A DNA stretch of 64,000 nt from an uncultured Alphaproteobacteria bacterium (GCA_963759985.1 CAVXBI010000002.1:105111-169110), one strand, 5' to 3'. Shown: positions 13,866-24,838, counted from the stretch's first letter. Numbers and translations are program-made. The notes: a model not told the origin generated them from the letters alone.

Positions 13866-14605
13866 TTGGCTTATATCGCCCGACCCGCGCGCAAAAGCCT
13901 CGTCGCGCCGGTCTTGTTTATGCTTGTGGTTGGGGCAATCTTGGTCTCGCTCGGCGTCTGGCAATTGCACCGGCTGGCGTGGAAAGAAGACTCTGATCGC
14001 CGAGATTGCGACGCGCAGCAAAGGGGCGCCGCAGCCGCTGCCGGAACCGTCGGAATGGAACAGTCTGAGACCGGCCGATTATGCTTATCGGCATGTCGAA
14101 TTTGCCGGCCACTATGAGAACGATAAGGAAGCGCTCGTCTTCTATGGCGCTGGCCCGCAGGATCTCGGCCCGGGCTATCTCGTTCTGACCCCGCTGCGCC
14201 TCGACTTCAGGCGCCATCGTCATCGTCAACCGCGGCTTCGTGTCCGACGCGCTCGCGGCGAAATCGGCGCGCGCGGGCGGCGAGATCGAAGGCAAGTCGC
14301 ATGTGGTTGGGCTCATGCGGCCGCCTCAGACGCGCAACCTCTTTACGCCCGCGGACGAGCCCGAGAAAGATCTCTATTTCACCCGCGATCCGACCGCGAT
14401 TGCCGCCCATTTTGGCCTCGCCCACGCGGCACCTTTCGTCGTCGACGCTGACAGTTCGGCGCCGGGCGGCTGGCCGAAAGGTGGCATGACGGAAATCGAT
14501 ATCCCCAACAATCACTTAAGCTACGCGCTGACCTGGTTCGGGCTGGCCGTCGGCCTCTTGGCGGTTTTCATCGCCTATCTTCGCGCTCAGTGGTACGGGG
14601 AATAG
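13866..14605 (+). CDS. surf1: SURF1/Shy1 cytochrome oxidase biogenesis protein, two apparent +1 frameshifts (~13987, ~14207)
   Basis: LGVWQLHRLAWK, GYLVLTPL, VNRGFV and PNNHLSYALTWFGL distributed over three frames. Confidence 0.88.
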
Positions 14606-14756
14606 GTTTGGTCCGCCGCCTGCGCCAAAATTATAGCCTAAGCAACTGATTTTACATCGATAACTTTGAGCCATATGAATTGCGCCAAATTCTGCCCTTT
14701 GGGGCTTTTTGTGCTAAACGAGCGCACAAATTCGGGTTAAAGCCTCAGGATCGAAG

Positions 14757-16173
14757 GTGAAATATATTTCGACACGCGGCGAAGCGCCTTCGCTTTCCTT
14801 CACGGATGCCTTGATCGCCGGTCTTGCCGAGGACGGCGGCCTCTATCTTCCCGAAGCCTATCCGCAACTTTCCGAACCCGAGATCGCGGGCTTCGCCGGG
14901 CGTCCCTATGCTGCCGTAGCGGAAGCCGTGATAGCGCCCTTCGTCGACGGCGCGCTCGATCGCAAGGCACTTCGCGCCGCAATCGAGGTAGCCTATGCGG
15001 GCTTCAATCATCCGGCGGTGACGCCGCTCACCCAGATCGGCGACAATCTCTTTCTCCTCGAACTGTTTCACGGGCCAACGCTCGCCTTCAAAGACCTCGC
15101 GATGCAGCTCCTGAGCCGGCTGATGCGGCAGGTGCTCACGGCACGCGGCAAACGCGCGACCATCTTGGCGGCGACCTCGGGCGATACGGGTGCTGCTGCT
15201 ATCGCAGCTTTCCGCGATATCGCCGAAGTCGATCTCTTCATCCTTTATCCACATGGCCGCATCTCGGATGTCCAGCGCCGGCAGATGACCACGGTTGCAA
15301 CCGACAATGTCCATGTTGTTGCAATCGAGGGTACGTTCGATGATGCCCAGGCGCTCGTGAAGAGGCTTTTCGCCAACAAAAGGCTTCGCGACGAAATTTC
15401 GCTGTCGGGCGTAAACTCGATCAATTGGGCGCGCGTGGTGGCGCAAACTGTCTATTATTTCGTCAGCGCGGTTGCGCTCGGCGCGCCGTACCGGCCGGTC
15501 TCTTTTGCGGTCCCGACAGGCAATTTCGGTGACATTCTGGCCGGATGGATCGCCAAGAAGATGGGGCTGCCCATCGAGAGGCTCGTCATTGCGACCAATG
15601 CCAATGACATTCTTGCCCGCGCGCTCGCAACCGGACGCTACGAGGTCGGGAAAGTTGAGGCCACACAATCGCCCTCAATGGACATTCAGGTATCCTCAAA
15701 CTTCGAACGGCTTCTTTTCGAGGCCTACGGGCGCGACGCGGCGGCCATCCGCCGCCTCATGAGTGCGTTGCAGCAGAGTGGCGGCTTCAGCATCGATCCT
15801 AAGCCGCTTGCCGCGATTCGCGCCGAATTCGACGCGGTGCGGATTGGCGAGGCGGAAACGGGCGAGGAGATCGCGCGGGTGTGGCGCGAGACGCAAAAGT
15901 CTATCGATCCCCACACGGCGGTCGGCGTCGGCGCGGCGCGCACGGCTTTGGCGGCGCGGCCGCATGTTCCGATGATCGTGCTCGGCACGGCACATCCCGC
16001 AAAATTTCCCGTCGCAATCGAACGGGCGACGGGGATCACGCCGAATTCTGCCGGCGCAGCTCGCCGAACTTTCTTCGCGCAAGGAACGGTTTGACGTGCT
16101 GGCCAACGATGAGGCCGGCCTTGAGGCCTATATCCGAAAAAGGGCGGGCGTTTCCAAAAGAGCGGCCTCATGA
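14757..16173 (+). CDS. thrC: Threonine synthase, apparent +1 frameshift near 16047
   Basis: YISTRG, LELFHGPTLAFKD, ATSGDTG, NSINWAR, VPTGNFG; C-terminus LPAQLAELSSRKERFDVL in another frame ends in an ATGA overlap with the next gene. Confidence 0.95.
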
Positions 16174-17432
16174 GCGTCGAGATCACCACGCTGCCCGCCG
16201 GCCTGCGGATCGTCACCGATCGCATGGATCATCTCGAGACAGTGTCGCTCGGGGTTTGGGTCGCCGCCGGCTCGCGGCACGAGCGGCCGCGCGAACGCGG
16301 GCTTTCACATCTTCTGGAACATATGGCGTTCAAGGGGACAAGGCGGCGCTCGGCGCGCGACATCGCCGAGGAGATCGAGACCGCGGGCGGCGATCTCAAT
16401 GCCGCAACGAGCGTTGAGCAGACCGCCTATTATGCGCATGTGCTTGCCGCAGACACCGGTCTGGCGCTTGACATCCTCGCAGATATCTTGACCGAGAGCA
16501 CATTCGACACGCAGGAGCTCGAACGCGAGAAAGGCGTCATCCTGCAGGAGATCAGCGCCGTCGAAGACACGCCCGATGATCTCGTCTTCGATCTCTTCAA
16601 TGCCGCGGCCTTTCCGGAGCAGCCGATCGGCTCGCCGATCCTCGGCACGCCCGAACACGTTCGCGCTTTTGATCGATCGATGATCTCCGCCTATCTCGAA
16701 AGCCATTATCGCAGCGGCGCGACCACCATCGGCGCGGCTGGCGCCGTCGATCATGCCGAGATCGTCGATGCCGCCGCTCGCGCTTTCGCAAATCTTCCGG
16801 GCCATGCGGCCGACAGTATCGTCCCCGCCCGCTATATTGGTGGCGAGAAGCGGGTGAAACGAAGGCTCGAACAGGCCCATATCGTCGTCGGCTTCAAAGG
16901 CCTCGCCTACACGGATTCCGCCTATTACGCGCTGCATGTCTTCGCCAATGCGGTGGGCGGCGGCATGTCGTCGCGACTTTTTCAGGAGGTGCGCGAGAAG
17001 CGCGGCCTTGCATATGCGATCAACGCATTTCACTGGACCTATTCGGATACCGGTCTCTTCGGCTTCTATGCCGCGACGAGTCAGCAGCACGTCGCCGAGC
17101 TGATGCCGGTCGCGCTTGATTGCGTTGCGGCGGCCGCACATGATCTGAGCGATGCTGAAATCCAGCGCGCCAAGGCGCAGATGAAAGTTTCGATTTTGAC
17201 GGCGCTCGAATCGCCGACCGCGCGTGCCGAGCAGATCGCGAGGCAGATGCTGGCCTTCGGCCGCGTGCTGAGTCGCGAGGAAATCATCGAGAAGGTCGAC
17301 TGTCTGTCTGTCGCCGCAATTCGCGACGCGGGCGCCGCGGCGTTGCGCTCGCCGCCGACAGTTGCGGCGATCGGCCCGATCGCTAAAGTCTATTCGCCGG
17401 ACCGCGTCAGCGAGCGGCTCGGTTCACTGTGA
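16170..17432 (+). CDS. M16 family zinc peptidase
   Basis: HLLEHMAFKGT inverzincin motif, LNAATS, GGGMSSRLFQEVREKRGL. Confidence 0.95.
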   Translation: MSVEITTLPAGLRIVTDRMDHLETVSLGVWVAAGSRHERPRERGLSHLLEHMAFKGTRRRSARDIAEEIETAGGDLNAATSVEQTAYYAHVLAADTGLALDILADILTESTFDTQELEREKGVILQEISAVEDTPDDLVFDLFNAAAFPEQPIGSPILGTPEHVRAFDRSMISAYLESHYRSGATTIGAAGAVDHAEIVDAAARAFANLPGHAADSIVPARYIGGEKRVKRRLEQAHIVVGFKGLAYTDSAYYALHVFANAVGGGMSSRLFQEVREKRGLAYAINAFHWTYSDTGLFGFYAATSQQHVAELMPVALDCVAAAAHDLSDAEIQRAKAQMKVSILTALESPTARAEQIARQMLAFGRVLSREEIIEKVDCLSVAAIRDAGAAALRSPPTVAAIGPIAKVYSPDRVSERLGSL

Positions 17433-17444
17433 GGGGAGGACGGC

Positions 17445-18059
17445 TTGGCTCTGTTTCGTCTCGGGCCGCCGAGCGACATCGCGAATTTCGTGCGCGGCGA
17501 AGGGGTGTATCTGCGTCCACCTGAGATACGTGATTACGAAGCCTGGGCCGATTTGCGTGAAAACAGCCGGGCTTTCCTCGTGCCGTGGGAACCGACTTGG
17601 CCTGGGGACGACTTGACCCGCACCGCGTTCCGCCGCAGGCTGCGCCGGCATACGCAGGAGATCGCCGAGGACCAAGCCTATCCATTCCTGATCTTCCGCG
17701 AAAGCGACGATGTGCTGGTCGGCGGACTGACACTCGGGCAGATCAAGCGTGGCGTCGCTCAATCGGCGACTCTCGGGTACTGGATGGGCCTGCCTTTCGC
17801 CGGAAAGGGTCTGATGTCGCGTTCGGTCCGCGCAATGACGGGCTTTGCTTTCACGAGCTTGCGGCTGCATCGAATAGAGGCGGCTTGCTTGCCACACAAC
17901 GAGACGTCGATAAAATTGCTGGAGCGCAATGGTTTCAAAAGGGAAGGGTTGGCCCGCGCCTATCTGCGGATCAACGGGCTCTGGCAAGACCATTTCCTCT
18001 ACGCGCTTCTTGAGACGGACCCGCTCCCTTTGCGGGTCTGCCGGCGTGATCGTGCCTGA
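17445..18059 (+). CDS. RimJ/RimL-like GNAT N-acetyltransferase
   Basis: FLVPWEP, TLGYWMG..FAGKGLM, LHRIEAACLPHN, INGLWQDH. Confidence 0.9.
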   Translation: MALFRLGPPSDIANFVRGEGVYLRPPEIRDYEAWADLRENSRAFLVPWEPTWPGDDLTRTAFRRRLRRHTQEIAEDQAYPFLIFRESDDVLVGGLTLGQIKRGVAQSATLGYWMGLPFAGKGLMSRSVRAMTGFAFTSLRLHRIEAACLPHNETSIKLLERNGFKREGLARAYLRINGLWQDHFLYALLETDPLPLRVCRRDRA

Positions 18060-18069
18060 GCGGAGCACA

Positions 18070-20961
18070 ATGTCGATTTTCCTCGCACGGACCGTCTGGC
18101 GTCGGATATCGCTCGCGCTCATCCTCATCGGGGCAGGCATTGTTCCGGCAAAAGCGATCGAATCGGTGCGCGTGCCGCTCGATGCCGCCGCTATCGATCT
18201 TACCAAGGCGGTCGAGAGCTATGGTTCGCAGGGCGACCGCCTTCTGGTTTCGACGGCGCCCGGCTCCGACGGGATCGTCCGCCGCATCGAGGTGCGGGCG
18301 CGCGAAACCGGAACGCATCCGAACTGGATCGTTTTCGCGCTCACCAATGACACCGATGAGCAGATCGAACGGCTCGTCGTCGCTCCGCACTTTCGTCTCG
18401 TTGGATCTGGCTTGATCTGGCCCGATCTTGGCGCCACGCGCATCTCGGCGATCACCGCGAGCCAGAGCTTTCCACCGGAGCGCGTAGAAAGCGCCGACGC
18501 TGACGTCTTCCGCCTGACGCTCGATCCAGGAACGACGGTGACCTATGTCGCCGAATTGCGTGCCTCCAGCCTGCCGCAGCTCTATCTGTGGGAGCCGGAC
18601 GCCTATAAGGACAAGCTCACGAGCCTCGCCCTCTATAAGGGAATCGTCATCGGCGTCGCCGGATTGCTGGCGCTGTTCCTGACCATCGTCTTCGTCGTCA
18701 AGGGAGCCGTGATTTTTCCCGCCGCCGCGGCGCTTGCCTGGGCCGTGCTCGGCTACGTCTGCATCGACTTCGGCTTCTGGGACAAGATCTTCAATACGTC
18801 CGCGCAGACCGATCGGATCTGGCGCGCCGGCGCGGAGACGGCGCTGGCTGCGACATTGCTCGTCTTTCTTTTCGCCTATCTCAACCTCAACCGATGGCAT
18901 GTGCGCGCTTCGCGCGTGGCCATCGGCTGGCTCCTGTTTCTCGTCGCCCTCATAGGACTCGCGATCTACGACGCGCCGGTCGCGGCCGGCGTTGCGCGCA
19001 TTTCGCTGGCGACCATTGCCGGCGTCGGTTTCATCCTCGTGCTCTATCTGTCGACGCACGGCTATGACCGTGCCGTGATGCTCATCCCGACCTGGTTCCT
19101 GCTGCTCGTCTGGATCGTCGCCGCGGCTTTCACGGTGAATGGTTCGCTCACCAACGACCTCGTCTCGCCGGCGCTCATCGGCGGCCTCGTCCTGATCGTG
19201 ATGCTGATTGGCTTCACCGTCATGCAAAACGCCTTCGCCGGCAGCGGCCTTGTCCATGGCTCCATCAGCGATGCCGAGCGCAAGGCGCTGGCGCTTACCG
19301 GCTGTGGAGACATCATCTTCGACTGGGACGTGCCGTCGGACCGTATTTACGTTAGTCCGGAGGTCGAGATGCAACTCGGTCTCGCCCGCGGCGCGCTCGA
19401 AGGGGCGGCTTCCGCTTGGCTCGACCTTCTTCACCCTTTCGAGCGCGACCGCTACCGCGCCTGTCTCGACACGATGCTCGAACAGCGGCGCGGGCGCATC
19501 AACCAGGAATTCCGCCTGCGCGCCGCCGATGGACATTACTTCTGGTTTCATCTCAAAGCTCGGCCGGTCATCGGCCCGGACGGCGAGGTCATCCGCGTCA
19601 TCGGCACGCTCGCCGACGTGACCGAGCACAAGATGGCCGAGATGCGGCTCCTGCACGACGCCGTCCACGACAACCTGACCGGTCTGCCCAACCGCGAGCT
19701 TTTCTTCGATCGGCTCGAGGCCGCGCTTCATCTCTCCCAGACCGACTCGAATATTCGCCCGACCGTGATCTGCATCGATATAGACAGGTTCAAGCAGATC
19801 AACGAAACGATCGGCTTTTCGGCGGGCAATTCGATTTTGCTGACAATCGCCCGCAGGCTTAGCCGCATCCTTAAGCCGCAAGATTGTTTGACGCGAATCT
19901 GCGACGACCAATTCGCCGCCATCATAGTCTCGGAAATCCAGACCGATCACATCATCACCGTCGCCAATGTGGTGCGGCGCGCGGTCTCGACGCCGGTCAC
20001 TTTCGGCGAGAACGAGGTCCCCTTATCGGCGTCGATCGGCCTCGCTCTCTACGATCAGCAGTTGCACGCCAAGCGGGAAGACATGCTGAACGATGCCGAG
20101 ATCGCGGTTCGCCACGCCAAGCGGATGGGCGGCAACCGTATCGAAGTGTTCCGGCCCTCGATGCGCACGTTGCGTTCCGATCGGGCGACGCTCGAAGCAG
20201 ACTTGCGCCGAGCTCTCGATCGCGGCGAAATGAACATCCTGTTTCAGCCGATCATACGGCTCGAAGACCGTACTGTTGCCGGGTTCGAGGCTCTGCTCAG
20301 ATGGGATCATCCAAGGTTGGGACGGCTCGGCCCCGCAGAGTTCATTCCGGTGGCCGAAGAGACAGGCACCATCATCGATCTCGGCATTTTCGCCGTGGAA
20401 CGCACCGCTCGCGAGCTTGCCGCTTGGCAACGCGCTCTCGATGTCGATCCGCCACTGTTTGCGAGCGTCAACATCTCCTCGCGGCAATTGTTGCGGCACG
20501 ATCTTCTCCAGGACGTGAAGGCGGTGCTCTCGCGCTGGGAGGTGGCGCGCGGAACGCTCAAGCTTGAACTTACCGAAGGCCTCGTGATGGAGAACCCGGA
20601 ATATGCGGCGCAGATGCTCACGCGCATCCGGGAGCTCGGCGCCGGGCTTTCGCTCGATGATTTCGGCACCGGCTATTCGTCGCTGGCCTATCTCCAGCGC
20701 TTCCCCTTCGACACGATCAAGATCGACCGTTCATTCGTTCGCCACAACGGCAAGGGGGCGCGGCCGGTCATCTTGCGCTCCATCGTCAGCTTGGCGCATG
20801 ATCTCGACATGAGCGTCGTCGCGGAGGGCGTGGAGTCGGAGTCCGATGCAATCGAACTCTATCAACTCGGCTGCGAATATGCGCAGGGTTACGCCTTCGG
20901 CCATCCGATGAGCGCGACGGATGCGCGCAAGCTTGTCGGCGCGGCCTCGATTGCGGCGTAA
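18070..20961 (+). CDS. Membrane sensor: periplasmic domain, multi-TM, PAS, degenerate GGDEF, EAL phosphodiesterase
   Basis: HDNLTGLPNR, GGDEF site reads ICDDQ, FEALLRW, LELTE, LDDFGTGYSSL, IKIDRSF, VAEGVE. Confidence 0.92.
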   Translation: MSIFLARTVWRRISLALILIGAGIVPAKAIESVRVPLDAAAIDLTKAVESYGSQGDRLLVSTAPGSDGIVRRIEVRARETGTHPNWIVFALTNDTDEQIERLVVAPHFRLVGSGLIWPDLGATRISAITASQSFPPERVESADADVFRLTLDPGTTVTYVAELRASSLPQLYLWEPDAYKDKLTSLALYKGIVIGVAGLLALFLTIVFVVKGAVIFPAAAALAWAVLGYVCIDFGFWDKIFNTSAQTDRIWRAGAETALAATLLVFLFAYLNLNRWHVRASRVAIGWLLFLVALIGLAIYDAPVAAGVARISLATIAGVGFILVLYLSTHGYDRAVMLIPTWFLLLVWIVAAAFTVNGSLTNDLVSPALIGGLVLIVMLIGFTVMQNAFAGSGLVHGSISDAERKALALTGCGDIIFDWDVPSDRIYVSPEVEMQLGLARGALEGAASAWLDLLHPFERDRYRACLDTMLEQRRGRINQEFRLRAADGHYFWFHLKARPVIGPDGEVIRVIGTLADVTEHKMAEMRLLHDAVHDNLTGLPNRELFFDRLEAALHLSQTDSNIRPTVICIDIDRFKQINETIGFSAGNSILLTIARRLSRILKPQDCLTRICDDQFAAIIVSEIQTDHIITVANVVRRAVSTPVTFGENEVPLSASIGLALYDQQLHAKREDMLNDAEIAVRHAKRMGGNRIEVFRPSMRTLRSDRATLEADLRRALDRGEMNILFQPIIRLEDRTVAGFEALLRWDHPRLGRLGPAEFIPVAEETGTIIDLGIFAVERTARELAAWQRALDVDPPLFASVNISSRQLLRHDLLQDVKAVLSRWEVARGTLKLELTEGLVMENPEYAAQMLTRIRELGAGLSLDDFGTGYSSLAYLQRFPFDTIKIDRSFVRHNGKGARPVILRSIVSLAHDLDMSVVAEGVESESDAIELYQLGCEYAQGYAFGHPMSATDARKLVGAASIAA

Positions 20962-20988
20962 CGCAGTCCTATGATCAAGCGTGGCAGA

Positions 20989-21600
20989 TTAAGCGTGGCC
21001 GGATTGGGCCGACAAAAAGCCCAGATCTATTCCGAGCTTGCGCAGGGCGCGCTCATATTTGGATTCGAGCGGCGTATCGAAGATGAGCGAAGCATCCGCC
21101 GGGCAGGTGAGCCAACCGTTATGCTGCATTTCATCTTCCAACTGGCCCGGCGACCAGCCGGCGTAGCCGAGGGCCAGGACGGCGCGATCCGGGCCGGCGC
21201 CATGCGCGATGGCGCGCAGGATGTCGATGGTGGCGGTCAGCGAAACGCCGGTATCGATCGGCAAAGTTGAATTATCGATATAGAAGTCGTTCGAATGAAG
21301 CACGAAGCCACGTCCGGTCTCCACGGGGCCGCCCTTCAGGACAGGCACGGCGCCAGCCTGGGCCGGCAGCCTTATGGCCTCGTCGGGCGCGATGACCTCG
21401 AGTTGGACCAAAAGCTCCGAAAAATTAAGACTGGGCGCGCGGCGGTTAATGATGATTCCCATCGCGCCCTCGTCGGAATGAGCGCACAGATAGACGACGC
21501 AGCGAGCGAACCGATCATCCGTCATGCCGGGCATGGCGAGCAGCAACTGGCCATCGAAGTAGCCGTTCCCTTTGCCCTTGTAACTCATGCTTGCCATCAT
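20989..21600 (-). CDS. YqgE/AlgH family protein
   Basis: [44 protein letters not shown]. Confidence 0.93.
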   Translation of the reverse strand: MMASMSYKGKGNGYFDGQLLLAMPGMTDDRFARCVVYLCAHSDEGAMGIIINRRAPSLNFSELLVQLEVIAPDEAIRLPAQAGAVPVLKGGPVETGRGFVLHSNDFYIDNSTLPIDTGVSLTATIDILRAIAHGAGPDRAVLALGYAGWSPGQLEDEMQHNGWLTCPADASLIFDTPLESKYERALRKLGIDLGFLSAQSGHA

Positions 21601-21734
21601 TCGTGCCGTATTCGGTATAAGTTCAACATGGGTCGCCAAGGGCGAAATTTCAGCGCTCGGTCACGAGACCGAGAAGGAATTTATGGTTGTCCGAAATGAA
21701 TTCACGCAAAACTCGCTCTCCTTGCCAAGATCCT

Positions 21735-22634
21735 ATGTTGGCGCAGCCGCGCCTGTTTGACCATCTTCTTTTTGCGGCCTCTCTCTGCCTGGGGATTGCA
21801 CTCTGCCTTGCCGCGCTCCCTGCGAAGTCCGATCCTTTTGCCAGCCCCTGGTCGGGTCAGGACGGAGATAAGGCGCAAATGCGGCTTATCGCCGCCGGTG
21901 GAGACCAGCGCATCTACAGGGCGGCCGCGGAGATAAAGCTTCCTTCGACCGCCATCACTTATTGGCGCGCGCCTGGCGATGCCGGCGTGCCACCTAAATT
22001 TTCCGTGAACGGATCTGAAAATGTGGCGGCCGCCGAGATTTTCTTTCCGGCCCCGCGCCGCATCGACGAACAGGGCATCGAGGCCTTCGGCTATCAGGGC
22101 GGCGTGGTATTCCCGATCCATATCGCACCGCGGGATGCGCGCGAGCCGGTGCGTCTTCGCCTGACAGTTAATTACGCCGTCTGCGACAACATCTGCCTTC
22201 CCGTGGAAAGCAGCGCGGAGTTGACATTGCCCGAGGCCGCGGCCGGTCCGGAAGACGGTGAAATCGCCGTCGCGGAAGCGCGCGTGCCCTTGCTGCTGAC
22301 GCCAAAAGATATCGCTGAGAAAGTCACCGTTGCGGCGGACGAGAAGGCGACGGTGCCGACTTGGCTGCTGACGTGGAAGGGCGATCTCGCACCGACTGAT
22401 CTTTTTGTCGAAGCGCCCGAGGGCTGGGCCTTCGAGACGCATCGCCGTTCCGACGGATTCTTTTCCATCGTCGCAGTCGAACAGCCTGTCTCCGGTGCAG
22501 AGCCTCGGGTGCCGGTAAGGTTGACGCTGACCGGGTTGCAGAAGGCCTATGACTTTAAGGCCGTGCTTGAAATTCCGAGCAAGGCGGCGGCGTCGCCGGC
22601 GATGCAGGCGACGCCCTCGATCGGAACCAGGTAG
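21735..22634 (+). CDS. Periplasmic DsbD N-terminal-domain protein
   Basis: Signal peptide, TYWRAPGDAGVPP, YAVCDNICLP. Confidence 0.82.
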   Translation: MLAQPRLFDHLLFAASLCLGIALCLAALPAKSDPFASPWSGQDGDKAQMRLIAAGGDQRIYRAAAEIKLPSTAITYWRAPGDAGVPPKFSVNGSENVAAAEIFFPAPRRIDEQGIEAFGYQGGVVFPIHIAPRDAREPVRLRLTVNYAVCDNICLPVESSAELTLPEAAAGPEDGEIAVAEARVPLLLTPKDIAEKVTVAADEKATVPTWLLTWKGDLAPTDLFVEAPEGWAFETHRRSDGFFSIVAVEQPVSGAEPRVPVRLTLTGLQKAYDFKAVLEIPSKAAASPAMQATPSIGTR

Positions 22635-22751
22635 CCGACCGGCAAATTTTCGTAGCTTTGGCGCGGCGCTCACCTTGAGGCGGAAAAATCAGCGACAAAG
22701 ATCGGGGCACGGTGTATCGCGCCAGCGATCTGAAAGAGCGAGGGCCGTGCC

Positions 22752-23411
22752 ATGACAGGAGCGCGTGCAAAGTCTCTGCCTGAGCCGGCAAGTGCGCCCA
22801 ACGCAAGCGAGGCCGCCGCGCAGTTGCAGCAGCTCGCACGGGACGCCGCACATTGCGAGCGCTGCCCGCTTTTTCGGGACGCAACGCAGGTGGTCTTTGG
22901 CGAAGGACCGGTCGGCGCGTTGATCATGCTGGTCGGCGAGCAACCGGGCGATCAGGAAGACCGAGTTGGGCGACCCTTCGTTGGACCCGCCGGCCGCGTC
23001 CTCGATGAGGCCCTGGCGGACGTGGGGCTCGACCGCGCCTCGACTTATGTGACCAATGTGGTGAAGCACTTTAAACACGAGCAGCGTGGCAAACGCCGGC
23101 TCCACAAACATCCGAGCCGCGGCGAGGTGAAAGCCTGCCGTTGGTGGCTCGATTGGGAACTTGCCTTAGTCCGACCAAAGCTCGTGGTCGCACTCGGCGC
23201 CATTGCCGCCCAAGAAATTGTCGGACGGCCGATCGTGCTGGCACGAACGCGCGGCCAAGACCTCACACTCGCCGATGGCCGCCACGTCCTGACAACGATG
23301 CATCCCTCGGCGATTCTGCGCATGCCGGACGACGATGCGCGCCGTCGGGCTTTTGTTGAATTGGTCAATGATCTGCAACAGGCGGTGAGAATTGCTAAGT
23401 CGCTCGACTGA
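22752..23411 (+). CDS. udgX: UdgX-type uracil-DNA binding protein (family 4 UDG)
   Basis: CERC Fe-S ligands, GEQPG, TNVVKHFK, R-loop KRRLH, HPSAIL. Confidence 0.88.
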   Translation: MTGARAKSLPEPASAPNASEAAAQLQQLARDAAHCERCPLFRDATQVVFGEGPVGALIMLVGEQPGDQEDRVGRPFVGPAGRVLDEALADVGLDRASTYVTNVVKHFKHEQRGKRRLHKHPSRGEVKACRWWLDWELALVRPKLVVALGAIAAQEIVGRPIVLARTRGQDLTLADGRHVLTTMHPSAILRMPDDDARRRAFVELVNDLQQAVRIAKSLD

Positions 23412-23477
23412 CTGCCATCGCCTCGCCGGGATGTGCTGGCAGCCGAAACTTGCGTCCCGGCTGCCCAGCTTGAAAAG

Positions 23478-23870
23478 TCAGCGCCGGCCGTGCGAAGCTT
23501 CGCCACCGCGGTGGCCGGCCTCTGCGGCGCGTTGCGGATCATTGGCGAAATTTCCACCGGAGGCTTGGCCGCCTTTTCTGCCGGCCTCCGAAGCGCGTTG
23601 CGGATCATTGGCGAAGTTGCCGCCGGAAGCGTGACCACCCTTTTTCCCGGCTTCCGAGGCGAGCTCATGATCTTGGGAGAAGCTGCGCTTTTCACCGGGC
23701 ACGCTGGCGCCGCCTTTACGGCCGGCCTCGGCGGCCAGTTCGTGGTCTTTCGAGAAGCTGCGCTCGTCGGCTGGAACGCTGGCGCCCCCTTTGCGGGCGA
23801 TCTCACGCTGCTTGTCCTCGTCCATCGAGGCAAATCCACGATTTGAGACAGTACGCTCGTTAGCCATCAT
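23478..23870 (-). CDS. KGG-repeat general stress protein (YciG/Con-10/GsiB-like)
   Basis: RGFASMD..KQREIARKGG followed by four xEAG(R/K/H)(K/R)GG repeats. Confidence 0.92.
   Translation of the reverse strand: MMANERTVSNRGFASMDEDKQREIARKGGASVPADERSFSKDHELAAEAGRKGGASVPGEKRSFSQDHELASEAGKKGGHASGGNFANDPQRASEAGRKGGQASGGNFANDPQRAAEAGHRGGEASHGRR
23500..23790 (-). repeat. Intragenic tandem repeats (2 x ~75 bp, 2 x 66 bp) encoding KGG units
   Basis: gcgttgcggatcattggcgaa recurs at a 66-bp period; RSFSxDHELAxEAG recurs at a 75-bp period. Confidence 0.85.
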
Positions 23871-23930
23871 TGTTCTCCTGATTCTCTTCTATCGATGTGG
23901 AGGATTGCCGAGCGACTCGGCTGTCAGAGC

Positions 23931-23956
23931 AACACCCGGGGTACCCCTGATGTTCC
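23931..23956 (-). promoter_or_regulatory. Probable sigma-EcfG promoter of KGG gene
   Basis: Minus strand GGAAC-N17-TGTT, one mismatch to the GGAAC-N16/17-CGTT consensus. Confidence 0.6.
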
Positions 23957-24229
23957 GATAAAAGATGGGGCAATCTTGTGAAGTTGCCTGAAATTTTGAA
24001 GTTAAATGATGTTAATCTAGGAGAATTGCAAAGTCACAGGCTCGCTTCATTCGTTTATGTAGTTGACTGGCCGTTACTATACTATGAAGCATTCATTTTG
24101 CGTCGGCAGACCCCGACGGATATATTTTGGTCGCGGCCCGAATTCCTCAAATTTCCTTGCGAACAAGCCCACTCATGGCGATGCCGGCAGGAGCGCGGCC
24201 CGCGGGCCGCGCTCCTCCGCTGCGAGCAC

Positions 24230-24735
24230 TCAGGCTGCGGCGCGATTGATGCCGCCTTCGGCCAGATTTCGTGAGATTTTCGTCGGCTTCTTTCTCTTCT
24301 TCGAGATTTTCCTCAAGCAGAGGGATGCAGTCGTCGGCGCCGAGTTCCTTTGCCCACGCAATCAGCGTGCCGTAGCGGGTGATCTCGTAATGTTCCACCG
24401 CCTGCGCGGCGGCGATCAAAGCTGCGTCGAGAACATTCTTGTCCGCCACGTCGCCTGCGACCTCATCTGCTTCCTTGATGATGCCATCGATGGCCGGACA
24501 GGTGACGGTGGCCGCTGCAACGCCGTGCATATTGAACACTTGCTCGACGCGTTCGACGTGATTTTCTGCTCTGCTCGAGATGTGTCTGAAAGCCCTGCTT
24601 CAAGTCGGGCGAGGTCGCCTTCTCGATCATTTTCGGCAATGCGCCGACGATGCGTTTCTCGGCATAATAGATGTCCTTCAGCTGATGCACAAAAAGGTCA
24701 TCCATGTTCCTGATATCTTTGGTGAAGAGACCCAT
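24230..24735 (-). CDS. DUF892 (YciE/YciF) ferritin-like protein, two apparent +1 frameshifts (~24563, ~24268)
   Basis: LKDIYYAEK..ALPKM, AQAVEHYEITRYGTL, LEEEKEAD; removing the extra A bases restores the LAEGGINRAAA end. Confidence 0.88.
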
Positions 24736-24813
24736 GATTTGCTCCTAGGTTAAGGAAAAGACAGCGGGATTCTCTCCGCTCCGCTCAAGGGCGAAGGAAT
24801 GCAGCCGGCAACC

Positions 24814-24838
24814 AACGGCGCGGAAAGAGAGGCGTTCC
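24814..24838 (-). promoter_or_regulatory. sigma-EcfG promoter of DUF892 gene
   Basis: Minus strand GGAAC-N16-CGTT, an exact consensus match. Confidence 0.8.

Noticed and set aside
14621-14689. TGCGCCAAA repeated 60 bp apart in the AT-rich thrC upstream region
   Set aside because: Only two 9-mers with no recognisable motif; compatible with chance or ordinary promoter sequence
15245-15253. Perfect DnaA box TTATCCACA
   Set aside because: Single copy inside thrC, explained by Leu-Tyr-Pro-His codons; no origin-like cluster
23478-23870. KGG DNA repeats as a CRISPR array or mobile repeat
   Set aside because: Repeats are in-frame coding units without unique spacers, and there are no cas genes
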